Of a DNA stretch of 64,000 nt, positions 40,573 through 55,741 are shown one piece after another (position 1 is the stretch's first letter; every line of letters starts with the position of its first letter). This DNA is from the human T2T-CHM13v2.0 reference genome, Homo sapiens, in the NCBI GenBank assembly GCA_009914755.4, contig CP068257.2, positions 19,840,001 through 19,904,000 of the forward strand, written 5' to 3'. The notes beneath the pieces were generated by a model that ran no database searches, had not been told where the DNA came from, and saw nothing but the letters and a program-made list of their open reading frames with translations. A program made the translations under genes and the position numbers.

Positions 40573-43500
40573 TGTTTTCTCTGGTGAACAGAAGTGCCTG
40601 ATCTTCATGTAGTTTAATATTTTAATTTGTCTCTTGTCTTATTTTTTAAATATTTGCCTATCCTGAGGTCAGTAAGGCCCTCTATATTTTCCACTAAATC
40701 TTTATCATTTCGCATTTTACCTTTAGACATACAATATACCTGAGTTAGGACTCCACACACTTTTCAGTTAGTATTTTTTAAATTATGTTTAGAAAATAGC
40801 ACTAGTAATTTTAGTAATTGAAAATGTCATTCTTTTCTCATGAATAGCAGTGCCATGGTTGTGACATCTCAGATGACAGAATTCAAATAGGCCTGTTTCT
40901 GTTCTTCTTATTCTATTCCACTTTTCACTTTCTCTATCCTTTCACCAATGCCAGACTTTATTAACCACTAAATCTTTGCCATGGTTGTTTTCTAACTGAT
41001 AGAATAAGTTCTCTAAGTTTGTTGTTCTTCAAGATCGTTTTGCTAGTCTTGACTCACATATCCATTTAAAAAATTTAAATTATTTATCCATAAAAAAATT
41101 TGCAATTACAAATTTTAAAAATGTTACAATTTGTATTGGGAGTGCATTAATTTTGCAGATTCATTGAAAGACAATCAATATCTTTGCAAGATAAACTATT
41201 TTAAGCAACAAGCCAATAATAACTTGTGTGAGCTTTGTAAATAATCTAGATTTACTTATGAAGTGAAATTTTTAAAGTACCTTATTCTTTCACATGCAGT
41301 CCTTTTGGGTTGCTGAATATGTTTAAGCAGATGGTGTTCTGCACGAGTCCAAAGAGGGCTATTCATGAGGGTCATGACACCACTTGACTTGTGAGAAAAT
41401 GAGTGCAGTAACCTTAGGACCAATTCCCTTACTTCAGTAAAGAGTTATTCATTAGAATGCATTATAACTAAACAATAAATTTTTTAAAAAATGTTTCTAC
41501 CTATAACCACTTGTCTTAAAATACATGTACTCATGAAACATAGTGAAATCATCAAGATAGTCTCTAAATTTTAAACATAATTATTTTTATTTTTTGTTAG
41601 AACCAAAGCAAATTGCTTTCCTAACAAGATATTATCTCTAATGTACTTTTTAAGTTTGAAAAAATGCTGACTTTTCCCAATTCTCATTTCATTGAATAAA
41701 GTAATTTCGATAGAATTAATTCAGTGGAAAATTTAATTTACTACCTGTAATACCATAATTAAAATCCAATATATTATGGACATTCACCCTGGGTATGACC
41801 ATGAACTAATACTGATAAGACACTATAAACAATGACAGCTTAAACCCGTGTAAAGTACTGTATAATGACCACACTTAGCTAGAATTAACTGTTGGGTTTA
41901 GGTGTTTGAAATCTTCTTATTAAATTTTATCATTTATAACTGAAGAAGACGGCAATTTTAGAGTTTTTGTATTCCTTGCCTATAAAAATAGACCATGGGC
42001 CATGTAATTTTAAACTTTCTTTACAAATCTAAAATTATGTCACTCCAATTATGAATTGTTCAGTAAATAACTCTACAGTTGTTAAGATCTCAGGATTTTG
42101 AGGGAGCCACACAGAAGCATACCGTATGTCCATGTATCGAATGGAAGTAGAAATGACAAAAACACAAGTTTTAGAAAACAAAAGGAACAAAAGGCATCCT
42201 ACCCTTGCAATTACTCCCCAAAGAACCACATCTACAGTTTGTACTCTTTCGTGTCTGGCTTCTTACAGAAAAGCTTGTATTACTCACAAAAGGAGAGTAA
42301 GGTCTACAGTCTCTGAGAAATAAGAATAAAAATCCTTGCACAGGCATTTCATAACATCAGTGCTAACAAATGGAGAGACCATTGAGATAAAAATTAGTTT
42401 GGCAAATAATTATTAGTTTGGGAAGTAATATATTTTAATAATCTAATTATAAAAGTTTTTTTTTCAATTCTAAGGCAGAAGTAATCATTACTTTTCTTAA
42501 AATGAAACGCCATATGCCAACTGAGATTTATTTTTCAAAATTGAAAAACAAAGGCTTTTAATCCACTTTTTAAATATTGAAATTCTTCTGAATTTCTATG
42601 TGCCTAAAATTCAAGAAACTTAACTGTTAAATGTTCCTGTAATATCACATTTTATTTTGTATACCAGTGTTTTTTTCTCTTCTCTTTTTTCGAATCTGGC
42701 TCTTTCTATTGAGAAAATCTAGAAGTCAACCATCTGTATTTTTTTTCCACTTTCAACTTCCTCCCTCACTGCTTAATCTCTTCTATTTTTGGCTTATGCT
42801 TCACTAAAGCTGCTCTTTTCAGTCGAGAGATTTTATGTTGATCAAATCTCATGTCTTACTTTGGTTTTCAAATTCTCAAACCATCTTGGAGAATGTGATA
42901 TTGTTTACATGTTCCCTCACCGACATTCTACCATCCCCTTCCAAGACTCTGTATCATCTTTTTTCTCTGTGTTTCCTCCTCAGTTCTCTTTCTTTATGTA
43001 TAATTTATCCCATAACTCCAAATATCACCTCTACATGTGTGAATACCAAATAAATGTCTGCGTCTGGTCCTTATCATTCTCTTGGGCATCAGGATGCCTG
43101 TGTGTGTCTATTTCTAAACAAAATGGCAGTAATTGAGAATGTCTGAAATCTAACTTAGAGTGATTACTCCCAAATTATTTTCTGTTTCTGTGGTCCTCAT
43201 CTCTGTCAATGGAATAAGTATATTTCCAGTTCCACTTCAATTCCACTTCAAATGCTTCTAGCTCAATAAAGATTTTCTATTTCATCAACTTGGCTAAAAT
43301 CCTGTTTTATCTGTGTACTCCTGTTTCATTCCATTTGTCATATTCTTATATCCTTTATTACATATTTTTATATTCATTTCTTAGCATTGTTTTAAATAAG
43401 CCATTCTGAATAAATTACAAGCTCATTGATTATTGGCATTGGCTCATATTAACATTAACATTCTACCAAATGGTCTTTTTCTGTCACATATAAGAAGACA

Positions 43501-43650
43501 CTAGTTTCTTCCTTCTATTCTGTAGATAGTATGCAAGGAACTAGAGGGATAGAAAGCTATGTGTTCTTCTTGTGATATATTGTTTTCAAAACCTAACTCA
43601 AAAGTCTCATCAGTTTTCCCTCAGTAAGTACTGACTTAAAACTTTAACAC

Positions 43651-43941
43651 AGCCAGGGGCGGTGGCTCACCCCCGTAATCCCAGCACTTTGGGAGGCCGA
43701 GGTGAGTGGATCACCTGAGGTCAAGAGTTCAAGACCAGCCTGGCCAACATAGCTAAACCCTGTCTTTACTAAAAATACAAAAATTAGCTTGGCGTGGTGG
43801 TGCATGCCTGTAATCCCAGCTACTCGGGAGGCTGAGACAGGAGAATCGCTTGAACCTGGGGAACGAAGATGGCACCAATAGACTCCAGCCTGGGCTACAG
43901 AGCAAGGCTCCATCTCAAGAAAAATAAAAATAAAGTAAAAT
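43651..43941 (+). mobile_element. Alu SINE (older, with right-arm internal deletion and degenerate A-rich tail), flanked by a 13-bp TSD AAAACTTTA(A/T)CAC
   Basis: AGCCAGGGGCGGTGGCTCACCCCCGTAATCCCAGCACTTTGGGAGGCCGAGGTGAGTGGATCACCTGAGGTCAAGAGTTCAAGACCAGCCTGGCCAACATAGCTAAACCCTGTCTTTACTAAAAATACAAAAATTAGCTTGGCGTGGTGGTGCATGCCTGTAATCCCAGCTACTCGGGAGGCTGAGACAGGAGAATCGCTTGAACCTGGGGAACGAAGATGGCACCAATAGACTCCAGCCTGGGCTACAGAGCAAGGCTCCATCTCaagaaaaataaaaataaagtaaaat. TSD copies at 43638..43650 and 43942..43954. Confidence 0.9.
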
Positions 43942-46900
43942 AAAACTTTATCACCTTGTAAGAGAGTACCATTTTCAGCCTATTTTTAAGTAGCTGTGAA
44001 AAGATTCCAAGAACCAGTGGAAAAATAAATGAGCTTGAATCCCAGTACACTTGGAGAAGTCATTCTGACTTCTGTGAACATTTGTTTCTTTCTTCATAAA
44101 ATGAGAATTTACAGTTCTGCTCCACATGTTGTGTGACATAAGTAAAGAAATGCATGCAATATATGTAAAATTACCCTTATAATGCCTGGCATTTAATAAT
44201 AATTTATGCATCAGGGTTAGAAATACAGGAGAATCGATTCTTCCTAGCTACATTTTTTTTACATCACCAAGCCTTTTTCAACTTTACTAGATTGTTTGTC
44301 TATGACCATTTGTTATGTATGTTCTGTAAGGGATATTTTTACTTCATGAGATGATAATTAGATAACATATTTCAGTTCAAAAATTAGATTCAACTGTTCT
44401 CAAACAAAATGCAAACTGCATATTTATTGGACATGGAATAAACTAAAGAACAAACATAAATTAGCCTCTACTGCACACTAAATGAGATACAAATAAGAGA
44501 CATGGTAAATACAGTGGAATCAATTCATTTCCAATATTTTTTGCTTTCTTCGTCATTGCCTTTTATGCCTCCTAATAATTTTCTGTACTTTTACATTGTC
44601 TTCCTAACTAAACAAACAGATCACAAAGCTTAGTTTTAGTTGTTTTATTTAAATAGAGGCACAAGATAAAAACACATAGAATAAATATTATATATAATAA
44701 CATCATTACATATACTATATATTATGCTATTATATATAAAGGTATAGATAGAGATATATATTAAATTTTATAAGTCTTCTCTTTTGCCCATCCACTGAGC
44801 AAATATTTATGGAATAAATGCCAGGTTATAAGCACTTTTATAGAACTTAGGAACAAATTAGTAAGCAAAGCAAACAATAATTTTGTTCACATGGAGTTCA
44901 AGTTATTGTGGAAGATGGCAGTTAATAAACGTTAACTAAAAATGAAATGTCCAGTAGTGATAAGCACTAAATGAATGAAAGGCAGGATGTTAAGTTGTTA
45001 TTTGATACTGTGTCATAAATACCTCTCAGGGAGGTGACATTAAGCTTAAGGGTGGGTAATAAGGAGCTGGTAATACAACAATCAAGGGACAGAACATTCT
45101 AGGCAGGTGTAAATTAATGTAAAGATTCTAACATGGGGATGAGCTTGCTATGTTCAAAGGCAAATGACGCTTATTGGTGAGAGTCAGAGAAAGAGAAACT
45201 GGTATAAATATCAGATTGGGAAATTATCTAGGGGCCAAAGTATTATTCCATCTTCTTGGGTCAATGAAAAGGGTCTGAATTTTGTTTGAAATAGAAGACT
45301 ACTAGAAGAGTTTTAAGAAGATGACTTTTGCTATTGTGTGAAGAATGGGTTATTGGACATAATAGGTTTAGGGGAATGATTTAAAATCAGGGAGCCCAGT
45401 TAAGAGGAGCTTGAAGTAATCCAGATGAAAAAAGTTGGGGTTTTTTGGCCCAAGGCAGTGGTATTACACTTATATAAGAGTGAGTATATTTCAGATATAG
45501 TTGGGGTAGTGTCAATCACCTGATTGATTTTATATTTGGATTAGGGAAAGAGAGAAATCAAAATGTACCTTCATGATGTTGTTTGGTTGTGCAGACAACC
45601 AGGTGTATGCAGTTGTGCTGTTTATTTTTATATAACCCTGTTATTTGTTAATTTGTCCACCAACACCTCTGTTTTTAAAACCTGCTGAGTTTAATTAACC
45701 TTAAGGAATTGGGAAAATGAAAATATGTGGTTAATTCCATGCTTATTATTGATCACACAATTTTTATATAAATTTCTTCTGCTTTGGAAAAACAGATTTC
45801 AGCTCTTTTCAAAAATGTAGTGTTCAAGTTTGAAAAAGATATAAAATCTTAATGAGGAATAGGGTTAACTGATTTGACTGTTCGGATTTATACTATCTTT
45901 TACACATGATCCCAAGCATTCTGAGACTAGCTCTTTCATGTTTTCAAAACTTATGACTATGATGATTTATTAAAACTGCATTAATTACACCTAAAGCATT
46001 TTTGTTTTAAGAGCATCTCAAGGCAGAGAAAAAAAAATTAAGATCAGTGTCATAGAGGATAGTATTAGTGTAAAGTTCTATTTTAATTTGGTTCTTATCA
46101 ATTTAAATTACTATATATCTTACATTCTCAAGGGTTTTTCTTATCAAAATGACTAATAATACTTTTTAATCAAATTATCTTTTTACTGTTATTTACTCAA
46201 GCATAATTTACTAAGCATTAATATTAAAAATATTTATTAAACATCTATACAACAAGAGACAACTCTAACTTCTGTGAATACAACTTGTGAAAAAGCAGAC
46301 TCATTCCTTTCTATCAGGAAACTTTTATTCTGGCAGGAACCACATTTTAATTTAAAAAAATCAAATGATAAATAATTTTTATAAATGTTATGTAAAATAA
46401 ATAATTTACCTACTCATATTTATGTAAGCAAGTTGTGAAGAACTAAAGCATAAGGAAGAGTAGGAATTAACTAGCTCGTGTGTGTCTGGTGGGGTGTGTG
46501 GAAGATGGTTCTTCAGGCAGAGGGAATGGACTGTGTAAAAGGCTTTGTTATAAGAGAAAGTAAGATTTGATACAAAAACTGAAGAAATATGTATGAAATA
46601 TCAATTGTATTTTCTGAATAACAGTGACAAAACAAACCAAAACAATACTCCCGGTTTTCAGCCCAGCATGCAAAGAGATTAAAAGTTGCCACTCTCTCCT
46701 AACAAACCAAAAGCTAAACAAACTGAAATCAACAATTCTTAGATTCATAAGAAAAATGTGGTGTTAGTGCAAACTACCGTCCTGAAAATTGAAGAGGCAG
46801 AGAGGCAGATGCAGAAAATCACAACTTATCAGAGCAGAAACCTGTAAGCAGAAACGTCTGTGAGAACCAGTTCAGGAATAGGAAAAAAATGTAAAATGTT

Positions 46901-48089
46901 ATTGATGAATTGGTAGAGGCTCGATGTGGACAAATCTGTGAGTTGAAAACTCCAGGATGACTTAGTCATAGGAGGTCCTATACTTCTGAGAATTTTACCT
47001 TCAGGAGCTTAACCTAGTTGTTACAATGATTATTGGAGAAGTATCTCCTTATGTTTCTGGAAATAGAAGGGGGAAGTAACTACATTAAAATATATCAGAC
47101 CATTCTGTTCTTAACAAAGTCTACTCTCAGAAGAAACTGTTTAACCAGAGCCTAACATGGGGTTTTTAACAGAGCCTAACTGACCCGGAGAATGGAAATA
47201 GCCAACACCACCCGGCTCTATGTTTCCCCCTGGAAATCCCCAACTCCAGTCCACTCTATTCATTCTGTCCCACCAAGGCTGTGGGAGGATCTGAGAAATG
47301 CTTGTGAAGTTTACAGCCAGAATCACGGACTCACTAAAGGACTGAGACCTAATCATGGGATGATAGTCTCTTCTTCTGCCCCACACATTACCTCCAAATT
47401 ACTAAAGGCCTATTGATTATATTTACCCCTACTCAGTATGTTATGTCCAGCTGTCAGGAAAAAAATTACAAGGAGTACTGAACAGCAAAAAACACAGTTT
47501 GAAGAGAGAGGCAGCATTAGAACCAGATTTAGATATGATGGCGATGTTGGAATTATCAGACTAGGAATTTAAAATATCGATGAGTAACATGCTAAGAACT
47601 CTAACAGGTAAGGTAGACAATAAGCAATAACAGATGTGCAATGTATGCAAGCACAGAGATGAAGATTCTAGAAAAGAGGAATGTCTTTGATAGGCTTATT
47701 AGAATAGAAACAGCTGAAGAAAGAATCTCTGAGCTTGAAGGTATCTCAGCAGAAACTGCCAAAATGGAAAGGCAAAGAGGAAATAAGAAAAAAAAAGACT
47801 CAAACAAACAAATAAACTAACAAAAGAAACAGAACATAATATCCAAGAACCATGGAGTAAATACAGTTATAATATGTGCATATTGGTCATATTAAAAAAC
47901 AAAGACAGGGAGAAATAAACAGAAGAAATATTTGAAGCAATAATGACAGAATTTCACCAAATTAATGTCAGGCACCATACCATAGATCCAGAAAATTCAA
48001 ATGTGTAAATTCAAACATGTAAAAAGAAAATGCCCACATATATACATCATATTCAAACTGCAGAAAATTAATGTGTATATATCAATATA

Positions 48090-48400
48090 TAAATATAGAT
48101 ATAAATATATTATTCATATTCATATATATGAATGAATAGTATATATATTTTATATATGAATCCATATACATGAATAAGAATATATATGAATACTATATTT
48201 ATATATAAATATGAATATATATGAATGAATACTATATATATGAATATGAATATATATGAATGAATGCTATATATATGAATATGATTATATATGAATGACT
48301 ATTATATTTATGAAGATGAATATATATGAATACTATATTTATATATAAATATGATTATATATGAATGAATGATATATTTATACATATATATTCCTTATCT
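48090..48400. repeat. AT-rich tandem (satellite-like) array, about 310 bp, imperfect 20-40-bp units built on ATATATGAATGAAT(A/G)CTATATAT / TATTTATATATAAATATGA(A/T)TATAT
   Basis: tatatatgaatgaatagtatatatattttatatatgaatccatatacatgaataagaatatatatgaatactatatttatatataaatatgaatatatatgaatgaatactatatatatgaatatgaatatatatgaatgaatgctatatatatgaatatgattatatatgaatgactattatatttatgaagatgaatatatatgaatactatatttatatataaatatgattatatatgaatgaatgatatatttatac. Confidence 0.85.
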
Positions 48401-48690
48401 ATATAGAATACTGAAAGGAGCAAGAGAGCCAGAGGTAAAAACGCCCTTACTGATGGAGGAAAAATAAGTTTTACATCTGATTTTTCTGCAGAAGCCATAA
48501 AACAAGAAGAGAGTGAAGTATTTTTAGTGTTGAGAGAGAAAACCCCGCTAGTATAGAATTCTGTCTCTGTGAAATGTGAAATTATCCTTCACATGTGCAG
48601 CAGAAAGAATATCCTTTCTCAGACAAACAAAAATAGAGGGTATTTTTTGCCAATAGATCTGACTTGCAAGAAATGCTTGAACAAGTTCTT

Positions 48691-49006
48691 TTTTTCTTTT
48701 TCTTTTTCTTTTTCTTTTTTTTTTTTTTTTGAGACAGAGTTTTACTCTGTTGCCCGGTCTGGAGTGCAGTGGTGTGATCTCGGCCCACTTTGACCTTTCC
48801 CTTCTGAGATTCAAGCAATTCTCCTGCCTCAGACTCCTGAGTAACTGGGATTACAGGCGTGTGCCACCACGCCTGGCTAATTTTTGTATTTTTAGTAGAG
48901 GCGGGGTTTCGCCATGCTGGCCAGGCGTGTCTGAAACTCCTGACCTCCAACCACCTCGGCCTCCCAAAGTGCTGGGATTTCAGGCGTGAGCCACTGTGCC
49001 TGGCCC
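48691..49006 (-). mobile_element. Full-length Alu SINE, minus orientation, with (CTTTTT)n-type tail and a 12-bp target-site duplication GAACAAGTTCTT
   Basis: tttttttcttttt ctttttctttttc(T)20GAGACAGAGTTTTACTCTGTTGCCCGGTCTGGAGTGCAGTGGTGTGATCTCGGCCCACTTTGACC...CAAAGTGCTGGGATTTCAGGCGTGAGCCACTGTGCCTGGCCC. TSD copies at 48679..48690 and 49008..49019. It yields the spurious 143-aa ORF 48582..49013 (poly-K from the tail). Confidence 0.95.
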
Positions 49007-50525
49007 TGAACAAGTTCTTCAGAGCAGAAAAATGCTTTAAACTAGAAACTCAGGTCTCCAAATCATTTGATCATTTTTAAATTGGACTTGTTTATGTTTT
49101 GTTGTTGTTATTTGTTGTTGTTTGTTGTTTTGCTATTGAATTGAGTTCCTTAATATATCCTGGTTATTAATTCCTTGTTAATTGAATAGTTTGCAAATAT
49201 TTTTTCCTATTCTGCAAGTTGTCTCTTCACTTTACTGATGGTTTCCCTTGCTGTTCAGATCCTTTTAAGCTTGATGCGATCCCATCTGTCCATTTTTTGT
49301 TTTGGTTGCCTGTGCTCTTGAGGTCTTACTCAAGAAATCTTTGCCCAGACCAATGTCCTGAAGAATTTCCCCAACTTTTTCTTCTAGTAGTTTCACGGGT
49401 TCAGATCTTAGACTTAAGTCTCTAATCAATTTTGATTTGATTTTTGTGTATGGTGAGAGATAGGGGTCTGGTTTTATGCTTCTGCATATGGATATCTATC
49501 TAGTTTGCCCAGCATGGTTTATTGAAGAGGCTGTCCTTTCCCTAATATATGTTTAAAGAAAGGAAATGCATCAGAGAAAGACTAAGTGAAGGTAAATTAA
49601 AAACTTTTACTTTTCTTATTCTTATTCATAAGATTATTGAAAATAATGGAAACAATGTATTGTATTATATTATGTGTATATACTACGTATAAGATAAATG
49701 AATGGTAACAATGATATAAGGGATGAAAGACTTAGAAATAACTTATCATAAAGAACTCTTGCTACCCATTAAGAAGTACAGTGTTATTTGAAAATTGACT
49801 TCATTCAGTTCATTGTAAATGTATATTGAAAATTCTTGAACAACAAATAAACAAGTTAAAGAAAGATAACTGATATACTAAGGAAAGAAAATTAAATCAT
49901 ATAAAATGCTCAATTGAAATAGCCAAAGACAGAAAAATAGTGAAAGACAAAAACTGAAATAAAGAATAAGGGCAACAAATAAAATAGTTACAAATATAGT
50001 ATATATTAATCTATTGTATCAGTAATTACCTGAAAATTATAATTATCTAAATAGCTCAATTGAAAGGTAGAGACTGTCAGAGTAAATAAAAAATAACGAG
50101 ACCCAACCAGATATTGTCCACACACACACACACACACAATAAGAATAATGACACGTGAATTAAAGATAAATAGATAGAAAAAGACATACTATGCTAACAT
50201 GAATCAAATGAAAGCAGGAATGGAAATATTGATGCCAGATGCAGTCAACTTCAGAGCAAGGAAAGTTATCAGGTTTCTAAACGGGTATTACCTATTATCA
50301 GGTTTCTAAACGGGTATTACCTAATCATAATGGGGTCATTTCTCAAGGAAAATATAGTGATCTTTAACATGTATATGTTTAACAACAAAGCATAAAAATA
50401 TGTGAGGCAAAAATTAATACAACTTAATGAGAAATACAGGTGTCCACCTTTATAGCTGGAGACTTTAACGCTGCCCTATAAGGAACTCATTCAGCAAGCA
50501 GAAAAAAAAAAAAAATGGAATACAT

Positions 50526-50617
50526 GAACCCAGGAGGCAGAGGTTGCTGTGAGCTGAGATCGGGCAATTGCACTCCAGCCTATACAACAAGAGCGAAACT
50601 CTGTAACAAAAAAAAAG
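50526..50617 (+). mobile_element. Alu right-arm 3' fragment (about 90 bp) followed by an A/G-rich low-complexity stretch (to about 50705)
   Basis: GAACCCAGGAGGCAGAGGTTGCTGTGAGCTGAGATCGGGCAATTGCACTCCAGCCTATACAACAAGAGCGAAACTCTGTAACAAAAAAAAAgggggtgtggggggagaatacaaagataaaaagaaaaaaagtaagaaaaaatgggaaaatttgggaaaaaagagaaaaaaataaaatc. Confidence 0.8.
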
Positions 50618-53182
50618 GGGGTGTGGGGGGAGAATACAAAGATAAAAAGAAAAAAAGTAAGAAAAAATGGGAAAATTTGGGAAAAAAGAGAAAAAAATAA
50701 AATCAGTAAGGACGTTGCTTAACCAATCAAGTTCAATCAACTATATATGTCATCTGTAGACGAATTAATCCAATAACAGCAGAATGCATACACTTCTCAA
50801 GCTTGCCTAGAATAGGCACCAAGATAGATCACACCCTAGGTCATATGACACACTTTAAAACATTTTATAAATAGGAATCATACTATGTCTGCTCTCATAC
50901 CACAATGGAATTATACTACAAATAAATAAAAGAAAGCTAGAAAATACTCCAAATGCTTGAAGATTAAACAATGTACATTTAAGTAACACATAGGTCCAAG
51001 AAAAAATCTCAAAAGAAATTTTTAAATATTTTAAACTAAATGAAAATGAAAACACAACAAATCAAAATTTGGGGGATGAAGTGAAACCAATGTTTAGAGG
51101 GAAATTTCCTTGAATACATATATTAGAATATAAGAAAGATTTAAAGTGAATTATCTAGACCTCTACCTCAGGAAACTGAGAAAAGAAGAGCAGATTAAGT
51201 TCAAAGTAAGCAGAAGAAAACAAATAATAAACATTGTAGAAGAAGTAAATGCATTTCAAAACAAAATCAATAGAGAAAATTAAAACTGAAAGCTGGTTCT
51301 TTTAAAAGATTAACGAAATTGCTAAGTCTATACCTAAGCTAACTCAGAAAAATAAAAGAAGACAGAGATAGAGAAAGAAAATACACAAGAATATCAGAAA
51401 TAAAGAAGGAATAACTACTATAGACAGCATTGTCATTCAAAGGATAATAAAGTAATACCATGAGCACCTTTATGCCAATAATTTGATAACCAAAGTGAAA
51501 TAGAGAAATTCCTCAAAAGGCGCAATCAGCTAAATGTCACAAAGGAAGAAGCAATCTGAACAGACCTTTATATCCATCAAACAAATTGAATTAATAATTT
51601 ATAGTCTCCCCAGACAGAAAGCACCAAGCCCAGACAAGTTCACTGGTGAATTCTACCAAACATTTAAACATTAAATTATATCAATTATCTACATGTTATT
51701 TCAAAAGATAGAAATAGAGAGAATACTTTCTCATTCTATGAAGCCAGCATTACTGAAATGCCAAAACCAGACAAAGATATGACAAGAAAACCACAGGCCA
51801 ATATCTTTCTAAACATAGATGCAAACACCATTTACAAAATATTAGCAAGTCAAATCCAACAATTTATAAATAAACTATATATCACACCCAAGTGGGATTT
51901 ATCCCAGGTATGCAAGTCTGGTTCAACGTTAAAAAATCAATGTAAATCCAACACTTCAAGATAATAAAGAAAAATAATCATAAAATCATATTAATATATA
52001 CATAAATTATTTCACAAAATTTGATACCCATTCATAATAAAAGCTTTCAATAACAATGAGGGGTGGACCTTCCTTAACTTAATAAAGGATATCTAAAAAA
52101 CTACAACTTACATCATTTTTTACATCTTAGTGAGTAACTAGAAGCTGTCCCCACTATATCCTCTCTCACTAATTCTTTTCAACAGTGTACTGGAAGAACT
52201 AGCGAAAGCCGTTAAGACAAAGAAAGGAAATAAAAGGCATATTGATTGGGAAGGAAGAAATAAAACTCTCTTTGTTTGCAGATGACATGATAGTCTATGA
52301 AAAAAGTCTGAAAAAACACCTGGGTATAGTCAATGATTATAGCAAGGTTGCAGGATAAAAGATTAATATGCAAAAATCAATTAATATGCAAAAATCAAAA
52401 GTATACCAGCAATAAACAAGTGAAATTTGAAGTTGAAACAAAATTATTATTTTAATTAGCACCCCGCAAAATTAAATACTCAGCCGTATAGCTAATAAAA
52501 TATGTACAAGATCTATATGAAGAAAACTATGTAACTTATGATAGAAAATAAAAGAAGAATGAAATAAATGGAGAGTTATTTCATGTTCATGGATAGAAAG
52601 ACTCAATATGGACAAGACATCAGCTCTTCCCAACTTGATCTGTAGAGTCAGTGTAATCCCAACAAAATCACAAGTCATTATATGAATATTGACAAATTGA
52701 TTCTAAAGTTTATTACATAGAGAGGCAAAAAGACCCACAATAACCAAAGTAATATTGAAAGTGTAAATGTGTAGGATTGACACTATCCAACTTCAATACT
52801 TACTATAAGCTACGATAAACAAGACTTTGTGATATTGGCCAAAGAGTAAACAAATAAATTAATGGAACCCAATAAAAACCTCAGAAATAGACCTACATAA
52901 ATATACTCAAGTAAACTGACATGTCACACATAGTTAAGGCAGTACTATGGTAAAAAGATGTTATTTTCAACAAATGGTACTGGAACAACTGTAATCCATA
53001 AGAAAAAATATATCTAGCCACAGACATTATGCACTTCATAAAAATTAACTCAAAATGTAATATTGACCTAAATATAAATCAAAAAATTATAAAACTACTA
53101 GAATAAAACATGGCAGATAATCTAGATGACCTTGGTTTTGGTAGTGAATTTTTGGATTCAACACCAAAAGCACAATCCATGA

Positions 53183-53426
<244 letters not shown>

Positions 53427-55741
53427 TAAGCTGGACTAGTATAAAATTAAAAATTTATGCTCTGCAAAAGACATTGTTAAGTGAATGAAAAGACGAATCA
53501 CGGAATGGGAGGAAATATTTGCAAAACACATAACTGACAAAGGACTATTATATGATGTATACAAATAATTCTTAAACTCTATATAATAAAAAGAAGAGCC
53601 CAATTAGAAAGTGGGCCAAAATACTTAATACATACCTAATTAAAGAACATATACAAATAGTAAATAAGCCTATGAAAAGACATTTCAAATCCTATGAATC
53701 AGGGAAATGAAAATTAAAATGAGCTACTGTACCACTGCAAGCCTATCGAAATGGTCAACATCTAGAACATTGACAACACCAAATGGTAGATGTGAAGCAA
53801 CAGGACATCTCATTCATTGCTGATGGAAATGCAGTGATACAATCACTGTGGAAGACAATTTAGCAGCTTCTCAAGAAAATAAATATACTCTTACCTTAAA
53901 ATTTATTATTTGAGCTCCTTAGTATTTACCCAAAGAAGTTGAAAGTGTATGTCTACACCAAAACCGCACACTGATGTTTTCAGAAGCTTGTTTCATAACT
54001 GCCAAAACTTGGAAGCAATTAAAACATCCTTCAGTAGGTAAATGAATAAACTGTGGTAGATCCCAGCAATGGGCTGTTATTCAGCACTAAAAAGGAAAGA
54101 GATAGCAAGCCACGAAGAGACATGGAGGAAACTTAGATGATTATTACTAAGTGAAATAAGCCAATTTTAAAAGACTACCTACTTTATAATTCCAACTATA
54201 TGACAAATATAGTTTTGCTTTGAGAAAAGCAAAAGACACTAAAAAGATCAGTGGTTGCACATGTTGGAAAGAAGGGAGGAATAAGTAAAGGGAGCCCAGA
54301 AGATTTGTGAGGCAGTAAAACTATTCTGTATGATAAAATAATTGTGAGAAAATGTCATGATAAACATTTTCAAACACATAGAATGTACAACCCCAAGAGT
54401 GAACCTTAATGTAAAGTATAAATTTGGGGTAATGATGTGTCAAGGTAGGTTCATTGATTGTAACAAATGCACCCCTCTGGTGGGAGATGTTGCTAATGGG
54501 GGAGGCTATGCGTGTGTGGGAGCAGGGGATACGTGGGAAATCTCTGTATCTCCCTCTCAATTTTGCTATGAAATTAAAACTGGTCTAAATTAAGTCTATA
54601 CAAATGGAATTTTAAAATTATTCTTTGTAGTTTATAATTGCTGGGCATCATAGCAGAATGTTTTCCTGATGTTAAAAAATTACAATGTATATGGTTAATA
54701 GTTTGTAACAGTGAATACCTGTACGTGGGAAAGTCAAAAGACTAAAAGAAAAAGAAAAACATTAATAAACAAGGTTTACCTTCTAGTAGACATATTCACA
54801 TGTGTGTCTGGAAATATTTATCATTACTCCATGACAACCACACATTTATCACCTGAAAGACTGGCTATTATACTGAATTACACTAATCTAAATAATAAGG
54901 AAGAAACAAGAAGAATCATAGATGTTGGGGAAAAGTGAATATACAGAATAAAATCTAAAAGAAATATAATTATATAACTTCAAATATTCCAGAAAAGAAG
55001 TTATATACTTCAGCACTTTATTTCTAAACCCTGGGAAACAAATGGCACACAGATTACAAAAAACGAGTGAAATTTTGCTGTTGTCTAATTGGCATATTTG
55101 AATCATTTTCATCCTTTCTATAATATGTAAAATGAAAATATCATGGTTGATTCATAAAAACACAGATGAATGAGGTCTTATTGGATGTTCAGTCCTAATC
55201 TCCTTTTCATTCATCCCCCCTTATGAAAGTATCATGACAGTAGGATCCAATGGTTATTGTGAGTGAAATATTACATGAATACCCGCTCCTCAATTTTAGC
55301 TATATACATGGGCCCAAACTTGAATCACAAGCAATTAATCAGAAAATCTGAGAAAGTAAAGAGAATATGAAGTCACATGATGATACCTCCTATCCAACGC
55401 AGGTATAAGGAACATGAAATTTTCAATATTAAATTTGTTTTGGGATGTGTTTTATTTGGATTATTTTTGCATATCCTTCCATTGCATTTAAGTTAAAATT
55501 ATTTGCAAGTAAGTTATTCTACATAGTAGAGTTAAACTTTCTATTAATTATGCATTCTGAAATAAAACATAGAATACATCAATATTTTAAAAACCTTACA
55601 GCCATATTTGTATTTTAAGGTAACCACAGTATACCCTTTTACTCTTCCCTTTTCTAAACTAATCATTCTCGAAGCTGTTTTCATGATTTATTAATTGCAT
55701 GAAATCCTTACATTCTGGCAGGGTGTGCTTATTAATTAATC

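Noticed and set aside
42789-43136. 115-aa + strand ORF in AT-rich intronic sequence
   Set aside because: The composition is low-complexity and rich in F/S/L/C, as expected from T-rich DNA. It has no splice sites and no resemblance to NCAM-family or other proteins.
44800-45560. About 750-bp block with moderate GC that looked like a possible conserved element or exon
   Set aside because: Its sequence style resembles that of the 6480..7700 block, so it is probably an old interspersed repeat, not a unique conserved element. I cannot assign a family by eye, so it is not listed as a feature.
48582-49013. 143-aa minus-strand ORF (largest in the track), lysine-rich
   Set aside because: It is entirely Alu body plus the Alu's (CTTTTT)n/poly-T tail read as poly-Lys. 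It is a repeat-derived artefact.
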